This document shows positions 13,227-26,506 of a DNA stretch of 64,000 nt, one piece after another. The stretch comes from Alloascoidea hylecoeti. Lineage: Eukaryota. Below the pieces are notes generated by a model, which worked only from the letters and a program-made list of their open reading frames with translations, ran no database searches and had not been told where the DNA came from. Each line of letters opens with the position of its first letter. The first letter of the stretch is position 1. Both the position numbers and the translations under genes were made by a program. Where the stretch lies: the NCBI GenBank assembly GCA_001600815.1, contig BCKZ01000009.1, positions 584,194 to 648,193 of the forward strand, read 5' to 3'.

Positions 13227-14249
13227 TTATAGACTTTGAAAAATTGTGCTTATTGGAGGTAAAATAACTCTAGATTTTTCGTGACAAGTTAGATTTATGA
13301 AATTTGGAACTGCAATTGAATTTCTTCCGGAATTCATATATAATCCCCCAAAAATGGAGGAGCTTCTGGAGCTGTTGTTTGAGCTAGTGGATGATGTTGT
13401 ACGATCAAAAATATTCTCATGGACATTGTGTGAATAACTGCTATCAATGGAATTGGTTCTTGATTGTCCTGGGGATATAAACCCTTCAAATTGTGTAGGG
13501 GTTGGCAAGAGTAAAGGTGAAAGAGGGCATTTTCTTGAATTTTCTTCTGGGTTACTTTGGGCTCTTCTTAGAGTTTGATTAAATTTAGGAGACTCAGGTA
13601 TCGTTTGTGTGTTTATATCATGAGAAACACTAGATCTGCAGATTTTCGAAGGTTGCATAGGCAACTTTATGCACATGGGAGGGTTAGACTCTTCTGAGGT
13701 CAAATACTGAATTCTGACTGGAATTTCTCTCTCTGACTTTGATGAAAGAATTAACGAAATTCTATGAATATCAATGTTTTTCTCATGTAAAGATAACAAG
13801 AGATTATCCTCTTCAAGTGTCCAGCCATCTGCATTTTTATTGATGTTTACTGGTGATAATCTAGTATGAACTTTAAACTTATTCGAATTCCCAGATGATG
13901 CAGAGTTTTCCAAACTGTTTTCAAAAACGAGTCTTCTCCACCTGAATTGACATGCATGTGGAGTCCTAGTTTTAAAAAAAGATGAAATTTCTTTCCAGCC
14001 TAGTCTTTGTTCCTCTTTGAGATACCTTAATAAAAGATCATCTTTTGGCTTCCAGCATGTATTGGTTGATCTATTAATTACAATTTCTTAGTATATTTGT
14101 AAACAAGTAATAAGTTGACTAATATATATTATGATTATATCTTACCTTTTCTTAGTGATTTTTGATAGAGGTTTATCAAACTCGGCTGTAGTCCTACTTT
14201 CGTTTTTAATTGAAAGAGAGTAATCACAGTTGGAAGAAAAGCTAGTCAT
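13227..14249 (-). CDS. DOT6: Myb/SANT transcriptional repressor of Dot6/Tod6 type, about 315 aa, 2 exons
   Basis: ATG at 14249; intron 14071-14145 (GTAAGA...TACTAAG...TAG). Exon 2 encodes WKPKDDLLLRYLKEEQRLGWKEISSFFKTRTPHACQFRWRRL (Dot6/Tod6 Myb), a second Myb-like repeat WTLEEDNLLL, RxxS sites and C-terminal LPPI. Confidence 0.8.
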
Positions 14250-15261
14250 TATCTAATATTATTGAGTATGAAATTAGATTATCTTAATGTTTATTGTTTA
14301 CTTTGAGAGAGAGTAGGAATATTTCAGTTTATTTATATAGTAAGAACAAGGTGAGTATAGTTACATCAAATTTTCAATTGAAGCATGAATACTTCTGTTC
14401 CTTGTTACATCCATATATATCGCTTGAAGGATGGCCCTGAATTCTTATCCTTGTAAACTTAGCGCAACCAATCTCTGTATAAGTAAGTAAAGAAATAAGA
14501 GCCCGCCGTACATGCAAGAATTCGAGCTTTTCTTTCATGATATCATCCTCATCAACAACATCATCAACATCATCGTCAAAATGAAGGCAGGCTGCAAGCA
14601 TAAATTAAGACAATAATCCCATTCAATTATTAACTACATGTTTTATATATTAAATATAAAAGTTTAATCTAACTAGATATTTATCTTAATTTCAATCAAA
14701 AGTTGAAGTATTACACTCTGAAATTCTGTTGATGAAATTTCATCCTTGGATTCATTTTATTCATCTGTTTAATGCTAATAGTATTAAAGTATAAGATTGA
14801 TGGTACTATATGAAATTACTGTGAAAAGTTAAAAAAAAGTTTTTGTTGAGAAGGTTTTCAGTGAGAAAGTTTTCAACGAGAAAGTTTATATTCAATTTTT
14901 CCGTAAATCTAGAGTTCAACATAAAATTATATATAATAAAGGGTCGCTAGACTCTGGATTTAATAACAAAGTTCTATATAATCTTCGAAATAGCAAGATG
15001 AAAGAAATAAAATGCACCAACGTTGCTACCTGGGACATTATGCAAAGTGCAGGGTACTTCATTTCTCGCACCTGCATAATTAACATTAAATGCACATATA
15101 TTTCCTCACGATATTATACTGCGTAAACTTGGTGGGATATAAGGATCAGCTGCAGGACTAGGTCCTTCATAGCAGTTGTCCTGTTGTTTGTCCTGTTGTA
15201 CCCTAGTTCTAATTCTAATTATTCACAGCTCTAATTTCTAGTTCTCTAATTAAGTATTTCT

Positions 15262-15292
15262 CCTGTTTCCTGTTTCCTGTTTCCTGTTTCCT
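15262..15292 (+). repeat. Heptamer tandem repeat (CCTGTTT) x about 4
   Basis: cctgtttcctgtttcctgtttcctgtttcct. Confidence 0.85.
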
Positions 15293-16496
15293 ATTCATTG
15301 TGTAGGAGGTTTAGAGTATGCTTAACCTTATAGACATCATTATAAATTTATAATTATAGGCCCTACATATAGTTAGTATAATGAGCATTGAGCATTGTGC
15401 CTTGGGCATATGCATATAAATAATACGTAACGTTATTTACATATTATGCACAATTAAATTAATTAACACTTAACCTAACAACTAAATGAACTCGTCACAG
15501 CATCTTCTTTCTTTATTTCTCCTTCTTATATGAAATGCACTATCATTAGCGAAAAATTTTACTCGTGGGATGCGACATTATTATCAGTTCATTCTCACTA
15601 CGGATTATACCGATATACCACCAATTTGATCACTCAGAACTTCAGTCAGAAGAGAGGTTCCTACAAGTAAAGAGTGTTGAGATAGTTGATTCTTCTAACT
15701 ATGACTTTACTAGTAGGACAAAGAGCATGACCATAGATGATAGATGTTGAGTGCCTATACCTTTAAGTTTTGATGGCTAGTTAACTATGTAATTGATATA
15801 ATTAGAGATAAAATATGACCATTTTTTATTGTCCTTCTATACCGGTATATCATATGATTTGATGCTTCTTTTACCAGGTTGTATTTTTAAAATAGTTTTG
15901 CTTGCGATGTATGCACTTCCCCGTAGACATAATATCTTAATTAATTACGTAGTTTGTAGCGCTATAGCTTATAGTATAAAAGTTATCTACAATTCATAAT
16001 TGTAGACTGTTTAGTATTATTTTTATCTACGTTCGGAATACCCCACATGCAAGATTATAATTGCAAGCTTTAATCACAATTAATTTATATTTTTTCTTCT
16101 AGAAATATTAATATAATATTTGACAGGGAATTTAATATCATGTGATGAGTGTATTTTAAAAGCCGTTATTACTTTCCAATGACTTCAATTGGCCATGCCA
16201 GATGTCCAACTACTCTAATGTTATATAGCTAAATATAGCTTTAAGTGGTTGAATCAATTTGGGATGGATTTTTGATGTTCCCAGCCAATACGCATAATAT
16301 TGGAAAATGTGATACCTCAAGATTCAAGAGTCAGTCAAGACTCAAGACTATCTTAGAAGTACTATACATAGTATTTATTTGAACCTTTATTATCACTATT
16401 TCTCCTTCTATGCATGTACATGTTATAACTTATAAGTTATACACAACAGAATTATACAGTTATTAATTACTGTCAACGTTATAATAAATACCTATA

Positions 16497-17571
16497 AGGG
16501 TTGTTCCATTGTTCTTGACAGGCCCAGAGCAGCTGGCCCCGTCTCAAAAACGTTTGCAGCTACCTCGTTTTCCTTTTCTCACACTCCACATTGTCCACAA
16601 CCACCAACAATGGAAAAATTCATAACATCTTCAGATCACTCGCACAAAAAAAAGGCAGTGAGACTACTGAACTCTATCCTAAGTGGTTGTCTTGAACCAA
16701 ATAGTGTGGTTGGCTTTCTAAAACGAAATCCTAGAATCTCTATCAAAAAAACAAAGGGATTGGAGGTGTATCATTTCCCCAGCACTAAAGAACAGGACAT
16801 TAAGAGAACTAACAAATCTACGGGTGTCGTAATGACCCTATCAACCGGAGTTAATCTACAATGGGAAATTTCATCTGGGGGAAACAGCAAATAGCTGGAA
16901 CTGCTTTTTACACACAGAGGGCCTGTTTATTCTCAAATGGATAGAAAATGGCGTTTCACAAGTTCAATAAAATATCCTGTACTCACCAAGTTCAAGTTAC
17001 CGGGCGCTTCAAAAGAAGTTTATACAGGTGCTAATCCATGCAAGGAGTAAAACATTAACTTTTGTTATCATCTAGGAATTCAGGAAGACTGGGATTTGGC
17101 CGTTTGAAGCATTCGAAAGATGATTTTCCAATATAGATAAATCGAGAGAATTTGATTGGAAACTATATCTTTTGGAGGGAACAGCCGAAAACATAATATG
17201 CATATGTAGAGACCAGTTCAATTATCACCTCTAAATATCGATATCTGGAGATCTTGGAAAAGAAAAAGGAACAAATAAGGGTAGAAGAGACAGGATAAAC
17301 ATTCTGAATAATGAAGATATAACAGTTTGTGATAGCCCGGAAATAGGAAAACTTGTTGCACTCGAGATGAACAAGACCAAAAACAGGAAGAAACTCTCCA
17401 ACTTAGAACTGAAAACAAAGGAGAAAGTAAAGATATGCATGAGAATGTATTAGTAAAAAGTAGTTTATATATAAGTACACAATATCAAGTGAATATTTTG
17501 GTGATGTTAGTGATTGCTTTAATAAACACTTATCTTTAAATTAGGATGGTCAGTAACGATGGAACATCCTG
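16497..17571 (+). mobile_element. Decayed, internally deleted Tc1/mariner-superfamily DNA transposon (pogo/Fot1-like)
   Basis: 23-bp imperfect TIRs at 16497-16519 and 17549-17571 (17/23 match), flanked by TA at 16495-16496 and 17572-17573. Broken ORF from ATG 16610 contains GFLKRNPRIS (end of CENP-B-type HTH) and, in another frame, FRKTGIWPF (17079-17105), typical of the region just after the DDE_1 domain. Confidence 0.78.
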
Positions 17572-18096
17572 TATTGAATAAACACACGAATTCTAACACA
17601 TACCATGCGCCTAATTTTTACAGACTATTGAATCCTTGACATGGGTGAGAACTTATGTATATATTACCTAAATTTTTAACATAATAATACTGCAACTGAT
17701 AACTATTTTTACCAAGAATATTAATCATTTTCAGCCACAGAGATCTAAATAATAGTAGAGACACCTATTCCACCTAATTTCTGCTACCTTTAGAACTAAA
17801 TAATCACCATGATCATATAAGTAGTCTTCATTTGGTCAATTATTTAGTTCAAAATGTGGCGGAAACTGAGTATAATATCAACAGATGTTATATTTCAGTT
17901 TTATTCGTATTCATATTCTTAATGGTGTGTTATTACATCCATTATAATGTTAACATCATATATAGCATGCCCTGTTCAGTCAAAAGTTTTTGTTTCCTGA
18001 TAAATAATAATAAGTTTTAAGTATTCTTCAAAAAATTAGGGTTGAAAGATCTGCGGTTGAAATATATAATGACAACAATATGAATGTTTAAACTTT

Positions 18097-18522
18097 CTTA
18101 TCTTGTAATTACTTATCTCAGAAAGAATTAAATCTGATTGGCTTAAAGTTAGTGATAATAACTATAAATGTGTCTTGAACCCATTTTTTACACAGGTGCT
18201 GTTGGTAATATAGTATGAGACAAGTTAAAGACATAATCAATTGCAAATGTTATCTTCTTTTGGTATATGAGGAGAATAATTAATAGTAATCAAGTCGGAT
18301 TTATGGTAAAGAAGCCCCAAAAGAGATTTAGCTTTTAGTTGTGGATGTAGAATTGTGTTTGTTTAAGTTTACGAAACGTTAAATATATGCATATCTCAGG
18401 TTAATGTTGCAGATACGAAGAAGCATATAATAGGGCACGAATGTTGTCTAATAGATAAAACAATAATTGACATACCGGCTTAATTCCATATAAATAAAAG
18501 GGCATCTTCATTTTCATTATCA
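18097..18522. promoter_or_regulatory. Cluster of GATA elements upstream of MEP2 (nitrogen catabolite repression)
   Basis: CTTATC at 18097 and 18112, plus GATAA/TTATC near 18154, 18250, 18454 and 18517. Gln3/Gat1 control of MEP2 is established in other yeasts. Confidence 0.55.
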
Positions 18523-18571
18523 TTTTCAGGTTTCTTCCCCTTCTTTTTTTACCAACCCATAGATATTAGGA

Positions 18572-20005
18572 ATGTCAACAGCTCTGCCTTCCGGACTCAC
18601 TGATACAGGAACAGGGGGTGATTCCACTAAGGTTGACCTTAACAGTCGTTACGACCTTGCTGATCTAGTATGGGTTATGACTTCTGGGGTACTAGTTTGG
18701 ATTATGATCCCGGGAATTGGGTTATTATACTCCGGACTCGCAAGGAAAAAGCATGCTTTATCATTATTATGGGCATCAATTATGGCGGCCTCCCTGGTTA
18801 GTTTCCAATGGTTTTTTTGGGGCTACTCCCTAGTTTTTGCTCATGATGCTTCAGTATTTTTAGGCACATTGGACAACTTCTGTCTTAAAAAAGTTCTGGG
18901 AGCTCCATCAGTAGGCTCAACACTGGTTCCAGATATCGTATTCTGCTTTTTTCAGGGTATGTTTGCTTCTGTTACCGGCATTCTTGTGATCGGCGGTGCA
19001 TGCGAAAGAGCGAGACTAGGTCCTATGATGGTATTCCTTTTCATTTGGATGACAGTTGTATATTGTCCAATTGCAGAATGGACATGGAATGCTAAAGGTT
19101 GGCTGTTTACTCTTGGAGCTTTAGATTTTGCTGGTGGTGGTCCAGTTCATATGTCAAGTGGTGCGGGTGCATTGGCTTATGCTCTATTTGCAGGTAAAAG
19201 GCATGATCCAACAACCAGTAAAGGAATGCCCAAATATAAGCCGCATTCAGTTACTTCAGTTGTTTTTGGAACAATATTCCTATGGTTTGGATGGTTTGGA
19301 TTCAATGGAGGTTCTTCAGGAAATGCTACGATCAGAGGATTTTATGCTGCACTTAACACCAACTTGGCTGCTGCATGCGGTGCTTTAGCTTGGGTGTTTC
19401 TTGACTATTATAGATCAGGTAAGAAATGGACGACAGTTGGAATGTGTTCAGGAGCTATTGCAGGACTCGTTGGAATTACACCAGCAGCGGGATTTGTACC
19501 CGTTTTCTTTGCTGTACCAATTGGTGTTCTCACTGCCATCGCTTGCAACTTTGCTGTTGACTTGAAAAAGGTGATTCATATTGATGATGGTATGGATGTT
19601 TTTGCTTTGCATGGGATTGGAGGTTTTGTTGGTTCCACTCTTACAGGACTTTTTGCAGCTGATTATGTTGCTGCTTTGGATGGTTCTACCGTCATCGCGG
19701 GAGGTTGGCTTAATCATCACTACAAACAATTAGGGTATCAATTAGCTGCATCTACTTCGACTCTGGCATGGTCCTTTACCGTATCCTCTATTATATTGTT
19801 TGCTATGAACAAAATTCCATATTTGAAGCTTAGATTGAGTGAGGATGAACAACATTTAGGGACTGATTTTGTCGAGATCGGTGAGTTTACATATATGACC
19901 GATACTGGTGCTTTGGAGTTTGGCCCGCTTAAATCCAGGTCAGAACCAGCTAAACCAGTTGCAATTATTGCATCTAATGATAAAATAGCTTTGGATAGTG
20001 TCTAA
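18572..20005 (+). CDS. MEP2: High-affinity ammonium transporter (Amt/Mep/Rh family), Mep2 type
   Basis: N-terminus GTGGDS..VDLN, LDFAGGGPVH, WFGWFGFNGGS; both conserved histidines present (PVH, ALHG). Confidence 0.92.
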   Translation: MSTALPSGLTDTGTGGDSTKVDLNSRYDLADLVWVMTSGVLVWIMIPGIGLLYSGLARKKHALSLLWASIMAASLVSFQWFFWGYSLVFAHDASVFLGTLDNFCLKKVLGAPSVGSTLVPDIVFCFFQGMFASVTGILVIGGACERARLGPMMVFLFIWMTVVYCPIAEWTWNAKGWLFTLGALDFAGGGPVHMSSGAGALAYALFAGKRHDPTTSKGMPKYKPHSVTSVVFGTIFLWFGWFGFNGGSSGNATIRGFYAALNTNLAAACGALAWVFLDYYRSGKKWTTVGMCSGAIAGLVGITPAAGFVPVFFAVPIGVLTAIACNFAVDLKKVIHIDDGMDVFALHGIGGFVGSTLTGLFAADYVAALDGSTVIAGGWLNHHYKQLGYQLAASTSTLAWSFTVSSIILFAMNKIPYLKLRLSEDEQHLGTDFVEIGEFTYMTDTGALEFGPLKSRSEPAKPVAIIASNDKIALDSV

Positions 20006-23000
20006 GCTTAATAAAATCAACAAGTTTCATTAATACACGTGAGCATGATTTATAATTAATAAGTAGTTTTGTTTTAAAAAATTATATTAACTATAACAGC
20101 TGAACACTCCGTATTTCGAACGTTTAGTTTAACTGATCTAACTGTAGTAATAGGCTAAAACTAAAACTACTACAATTTGTTCCATGTCATGCCCATATGG
20201 ATGATTTGTAGTTGTCCGCACTCATTCCACTTACTTTCGGCTACCTATTAATTATAGGCTACTCACTTCACTAATTACCTTTTTTTGTATAGGGCTAGGG
20301 TTTATAGAGAGAGAGTAGAAAATCTTAATTGGCGTATAGGCGGCTGAAAATCAGCTGTATAAATACGATGAAAATGTTACTATATTCGGAAGTTACATAA
20401 GGTATTAAAGCATATTTCTAACTGTAAGATATAGGCAAGGGTGATTCAATTTGCCTTTACTAAATCCTTTATAAGTTTGCAACTACTAATATATAAGGTT
20501 AAATTACAATATACAGTTTTAGTTATGTTAGTGGATTGTTAAATGGCAGCTGACCATAAATAAATAATCACAGCTGGTTCAATAATCTTTTCTGATTACT
20601 ACACTCCATTTGATTTTATCCATATGATAATCAGTCAGTTGCAGTTGACCTAGGAATCTCTTCATGACCAATTCATGATCTTAAGAATTTCAAGCTGATA
20701 CAGCTTTAGTAGGAAACAAAGATGGAGTAAGTATACAGGAGGTTGAATGCTAATTGATTATAGTATGTGAATCAATTTAAAATCTATATGTTCTTTATTT
20801 TAAATACCTTAAATGGAATTAGATTATATTAATATATTTATACGGTCAAATACTAATCATCTACATGGACATGATATGTACAAAAATTGTAGGTTGTGCA
20901 TTTAGTTATAATCTAATTATAAGTTTCATTATATGAGGTTAAGCATAACTATAGCTATAAGATCATTAATTCTAACTCCTCCCAAGATGTTAATTGCAAT
21001 GAAATTTCAGGTAGATGCATTCATGCATATTAAACCTTCAGTTATAAGGTTAACACAAATAACATTAATAAATCAGTTTTAAAACCCTTTTCTATGAAAA
21101 CCTTTACAGTTGGAACAAGTAAATGATGTGCATAGTAGAAGATGTGGTATTGGAATCACCATAGTAGTAATAAAGAGTATTTTATGTTTAAAATGAGTAC
21201 ATGGGTATCCAGACTTTAATGTGACTGTTTAGCATCGGTCATTATGGCCCCAACATGTCTTATAATACACGTTGGTATCGCCCGCTTCCTTCAAGCCGAA
21301 CACTGGATTACTGGCCATGTCAAATCCAGTAAGGCACTAAGTCGGGAACCAACAATCACAGACAACCTTAAAAATATAAAGACAAACAGATATTAATATC
21401 AAGGATCACCATTTTCGGGCCAGAAAAGTGTGAGTAAAAAGACAAAGAAATAACCTTTGCAGATTGAGTCTTATAAATGCAATTCAATTGAATTTCAACT
21501 ACAAACATCTTTATAATTATATAAAGAAACATTATAAGAAAGCTAACTTTAAACCCGATGACATTGCAGTATATCCTGATAAAAAGATCTTATTGAATTC
21601 AAACTATTTATGATTACATATTCTCCAAGATCAGTCCTAGAATAGCTAAAAGCTAATAAATAAGATTCAATATCATTATATGACACACATCTGAAAATAT
21701 ACACCCATTGCACTTAAATTCGGCCATGATGACTACTAAATTTAGGCCATCTCCACAGCTAAGTTTCGGCCGAGTTATCACGTGATGTTGTTTTATATCC
21801 CTGCATATCAACGGATACCGGTCATAATGCGGCCGAAAGGTATTTATGAGGGGCCTATAATTAGACATGACGATAATAAGGAATAAGCAGGAATGGATAA
21901 ACAAATAGGAATGGACAGGATTGATAAATATTATAAGGTCAAACAATAAACATGCATATGGAAAGAACAAATTTTAATAGGAAGGGAATGAAAGTGAAAA
22001 TGAATAATAAAGGAATTCGAATGATAGGGATGGCGGGTGCACAAATCAAATAAGTTTTTATTACTTTCTAATTTTCAGGAATATATCGGGTACTGATCAG
22101 GTCGAATTGCAATGAATTATAAACCTGTGACACATTTGACAAATACATGTATAGCCATAAAATTAATGGAAATCATTACTACAATTACAAAGGACGTCAA
22201 TTAATTTGAAACCCAATTTATCTGGAATAACTACAATGGGGTGATAAACAGCCATATAAGGTTGAAATCTTGGGATGTGCTCTCAATTGAAACGAAGACG
22301 TTGAACTATAACTAAAAAATTTAGGATTATATGCTTTGTCGACTAACCGATACCACATAAATATGTACCCAAACCTTTTTTAAGATTTAACAAAATTATT
22401 TATTGTCTATATTTAAAATGTAAACATCTTTAATGAGACAGAGAAGATTCTGGTAGTTATTTTTTTTATGGATTTTAGAATTATTTGGCGTTTCCCACTA
22501 TTTGGCAAGTCCCGTAAAGATGGTGTCTCATCAAGATTTATAATTACATTTTATACCGTTATAGGTAGTAAATAATTCCAAAAAGGTTTTCATGCATATC
22601 AGTGGTGGACTGTATATGAGTATTTTATAAATAATTGTGCTGAAATACTACAGGAAAACATAATGAATAAATAAATGAATAAAAAATAAAATAGTATAAT
22701 ATTATTGATAAGCTGAATGATAACTCATGTCGAGAGTATTTAATCGAGCCCTTGATCAGTTAACTAAACTTACTATGCATATATAGTGTATGTTGTAATC
22801 ACAATAGGACAAACCATTTATATACAAGGAGAGGGCACAATTAATTACATCATAACTGGTTATACTAGTTATTGCGTCCCTATAAATTATCTTAGTTTTA
22901 ACTAATTTAGTATCAATAATATGAAGGCTTGATGTTACTAATATAAATGCCTAAAAAATCTTTCTCTAAAATACACCAACCTATATCTTGAAAAATTGCT

Positions 23001-23954
23001 AATAGCTATTACTCCCACTTCTGACGGGTCTCCTGAAGAAATGAGGGTACTATCATATAATTTGATGCTCTTATATAACGGCAGGTTTCCGATATGATTG
23101 CTAATTAGAAGGACAAACAAATAAATTATGTAAGACTTATATTTGTTGCTTCATAGTAGAAAAATATGTAAGTCTGACTCCATTCACACAAGCTAAAATT
23201 ATCAAAGAATATCAAATAATTAGCTATTTAACACACACCATTCCCGTTCAGAATAACTATAATCAATACAATATTTTAAATCTACAATATTACAAATAAA
23301 CATATTTATATTGATATATATATTTCAAATAACTATATATATATCTAATATATTTCAAATTATTAATACAAAATTTCAAATAAATATAATTAATATATAA
23401 ATCACTTCGATCCACCATCATTAATACAATACGTGCTAATGGATCAAAGCAATATAGAAGGGGAAATGAAATACTTGTTGCCAATATTCGTGCACGAATT
23501 GTCGAAGAAAATATTAGTTAGTGAACCATTTAAGCATCGATGCGATTGCTACAAATCCAAAATCTCAACATACACAGCCACAGGTGGCTTATTAATACAT
23601 AATATTAGTTTACGTTTGCCTTAAAGAGAAATAAAGAAAAAGAATGCATACAAAACTAAGATTACACAATCTAAATTTATCGTTTGCCCTTAAAAAACAA
23701 TGTGCATGCAAAACTATGCATACAGACCCCTGTCACAGAACTATTAGTATTTGCCACAGAATTTCGATAGGCATACAACATACAAACAATTGTGGAAATA
23801 GCGGAGAATCTGACACCAAATAATTATATACGAATTCAACACTTTTCTAGTGCGTAAAAACAGAAAAATTCATATATAGCTATAAATAAGGGCAATTTTT
23901 CTTGTAATCTTATCTTCATTAAATTAGTTGAAATAACATAAATTTAAAACAAAT

Positions 23955-24761
23955 ATGACTACAACTGAAATCAAGAATCCGAAATTTATTCTTTACGATT
24001 TACCATCAAAACTGGAACCTAAACCATATTGGTCTTCAAATACTCTGAAAACAAGAATTTTGCTTAACTTTAAGGGAATTCCATTTGAGACTAAATGGGT
24101 TCACTTTCCAGATATCAAACCAACCTTAGAAAAACTTGGTGTTGCTCCTCTTCCTGGTGATAGTTCAAAGGGTCCATTGTATACTTTACCAGCACTAACT
24201 CATGAAAATAAGACTATCATGGGGAGTGAGAGTATACAAGATTATTTGGAAGAAATTTTGCCCTCACCTTCTGTTTTCCCAACAGGAACTAATGTTTTCA
24301 CAAAACCAATTGGGGAATACAAAGCCGTTCTCCAAGACAGTATTGGGCCAGCTATGAAGTCTGTACTTCCAACGGTCCTTGGTGACCGTGATCTAAAATA
24401 CATAGCCGAAACTAGAAAGAAATGGTATAATGTTGATGTTACAGCAGCTGATTCGACATTTTCAAAAGAATTCCTGGAATCTATTAAAAATAAATTAGAG
24501 GCTGAGCTAGAAACAAACTCATTATTAAATTTGGAGGGAGTAACAAATGATAATACTGGTTTAAATTTTAAATTCAAATCAGGCAAATATTTATTTGGCG
24601 ACGAATTATGCGAGGCTGATATCAATTTTGGTTCATTTTTATATCTTGTTGACGTATTCTTTAATTTTTACTACCGCAAGTTAGATATAAGCGATGAGAT
24701 ATTCCAATTCGATTCATGGACTAAAGAATATTTGAATACAATGAAACAATTTATTGCTTAA
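23955..24761 (+). CDS. Glutathione S-transferase-like protein (fungal GST_N, etherase/LigE-like class)
   Basis: ILYDLPSK...WSSNTLKTRILLNFKGIPFETKWV.FPDI, YTLPAL, ESIQDYLE, YLFGDELCEADI. Confidence 0.8.
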   Translation: MTTTEIKNPKFILYDLPSKLEPKPYWSSNTLKTRILLNFKGIPFETKWVHFPDIKPTLEKLGVAPLPGDSSKGPLYTLPALTHENKTIMGSESIQDYLEEILPSPSVFPTGTNVFTKPIGEYKAVLQDSIGPAMKSVLPTVLGDRDLKYIAETRKKWYNVDVTAADSTFSKEFLESIKNKLEAELETNSLLNLEGVTNDNTGLNFKFKSGKYLFGDELCEADINFGSFLYLVDVFFNFYYRKLDISDEIFQFDSWTKEYLNTMKQFIA

Positions 24762-26506
24762 ACAAATGTTTTAAATCTGAATGTGGGTTTTTCAACTATA
24801 TATACTAGCTTATGATTAAATATACATGAATAATATTAATGTTAATCTATTAATTTTCATAATATGGATTTCCAATCGACTTAATATATCTTTATGTTAG
24901 CTAGTTATGCTTATATGTTAATTATCTTGAGCTCAATTCTTAAATTTTTATAAACTCCTCAATGTCCTAATATTAATATATTAATATATATTGATAATGG
25001 CATTCTATGGCTAATTAACTTCAGAGTTATCTATACACTTAGCTTCAATTTATACTAGTTACAGACTTTGGACGTACCAATATTATGATAATTGATCATA
25101 GGGGCCATACTTATTATCAGAATCTTTGTTTTGACGAAGGTAATCTATAAAACATTAAAATAGAAGCATTTAAAAAGAGAAGATGATTTGGATTAAGTGG
25201 GATATTTTCATTTATTAATTATACAAAAGGAACGGGAGTTCAGAAGCGAAATCCCGAAACGGAAAAATTATATAGTTATAGAGTTTTCTAGTTATGAATA
25301 TCTACCTTCACAATCTCTAACCTGAATTTGGGAAAATAAAAAGGGTGAGGTCTGTTAGCCTTGACGTCTATCAATTGCAAAGGGTCCTCGACAATATATG
25401 AGTCTGAAGTCTTTTAATTATTTCGAATATAGCTCTACACAATATAATCATATAACTGTCTAGTTCATAATAGCGTGAATAATACATCTTATACTATTAT
25501 AAAAATATCATCCTCCTTGATATTAATACCCCAACACTATGCATATGGCTTCAATTGCAATCAACTCGCACTGACGATTTTAGAATACACGAGCTGCATG
25601 CACAATATCATAATAGGAATTATTTATTTTTTGAGCTTTCTGCATCTTCCACTTTGAGAATTACCAGAATACGACACTGCCCATTAATAAATGATATCAA
25701 TACTAGTGTTTATAATACCAAAAAGTTAATTAATTATTCATCTGCATGGATTGATCTTATAAAATTGATTTATATAGGTTTGACCTAAATCTGTATGAAA
25801 TATTGAATCTGTCTCAGCTTTAGTAGACTTTAAATTCACTTTCAACAACAAGCACATGTCAAACTTATTAGGAAGAAACTGTTTATTGAGGTTCTCAACC
25901 TTTTATTTACCTCAGATTTGAATACTTCAAAATGTGAAATGAGGGTATTTGCTGTTGTTCTATTAGATTATTATCTAAACAAAGACAAAAACAAACAATA
26001 AACTTCAACGTGGTATAAATATTAGTTATAGATATACATGTTAACGCTTAATTTTTGAATTCAAATCTGGAATATCAAATGCAATTGTATTAATAGTGAT
26101 TTTCAAGTTATATTTTCTCGGAGTATATTAAAGATACCTATGTGCTACCGTTTTTCAATCGGTTTACGGAAACCATGCATTTCAAGAGAAACTCAATCTT
26201 TTTATATTCGAAGGCCATACTTCAAGCACTTCTTACTTATTAATATTAAGAGAGTCATATATCAACTATAAAGCTTACTTAATTGTTATCCGCCCTAAAT
26301 CAAATCACCCAGATATTGGGCGTTCGTTGTTTTTTGTACATTGAAACAAGTATTCAAAAATTTTAACAGACAGCCTTTAGTCACCCGCCAACAGTTATCG
26401 GGTACTGACTTCATTCAGGCAGCTGTTTATACTAGTTAAGTTGGCTTAGCAGCAAAGAAGATCAATAACTTTTTTTGCATTCACTAGTGCACACCTTTAA
26501 TTCATC

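Noticed and set aside
14848..14888. Three GAGAA(A/G)GTTTT(CA) units as a CRISPR-like or mobile-element repeat
   Set aside because: Simple short tandem duplication without spacers in a eukaryotic genome.
21777..21900. Point centromere, suggested by CDEI-like ATCACGTG and CCGAAA
   Set aside because: The spacer is short and not AT-rich, so there is no CDEII and no full CDEIII.
23290..23400. Replication origin in a nearly pure AT tract with repeated ATTTCAAAT
   Set aside because: No clear ACS match; cannot be supported from sequence alone.
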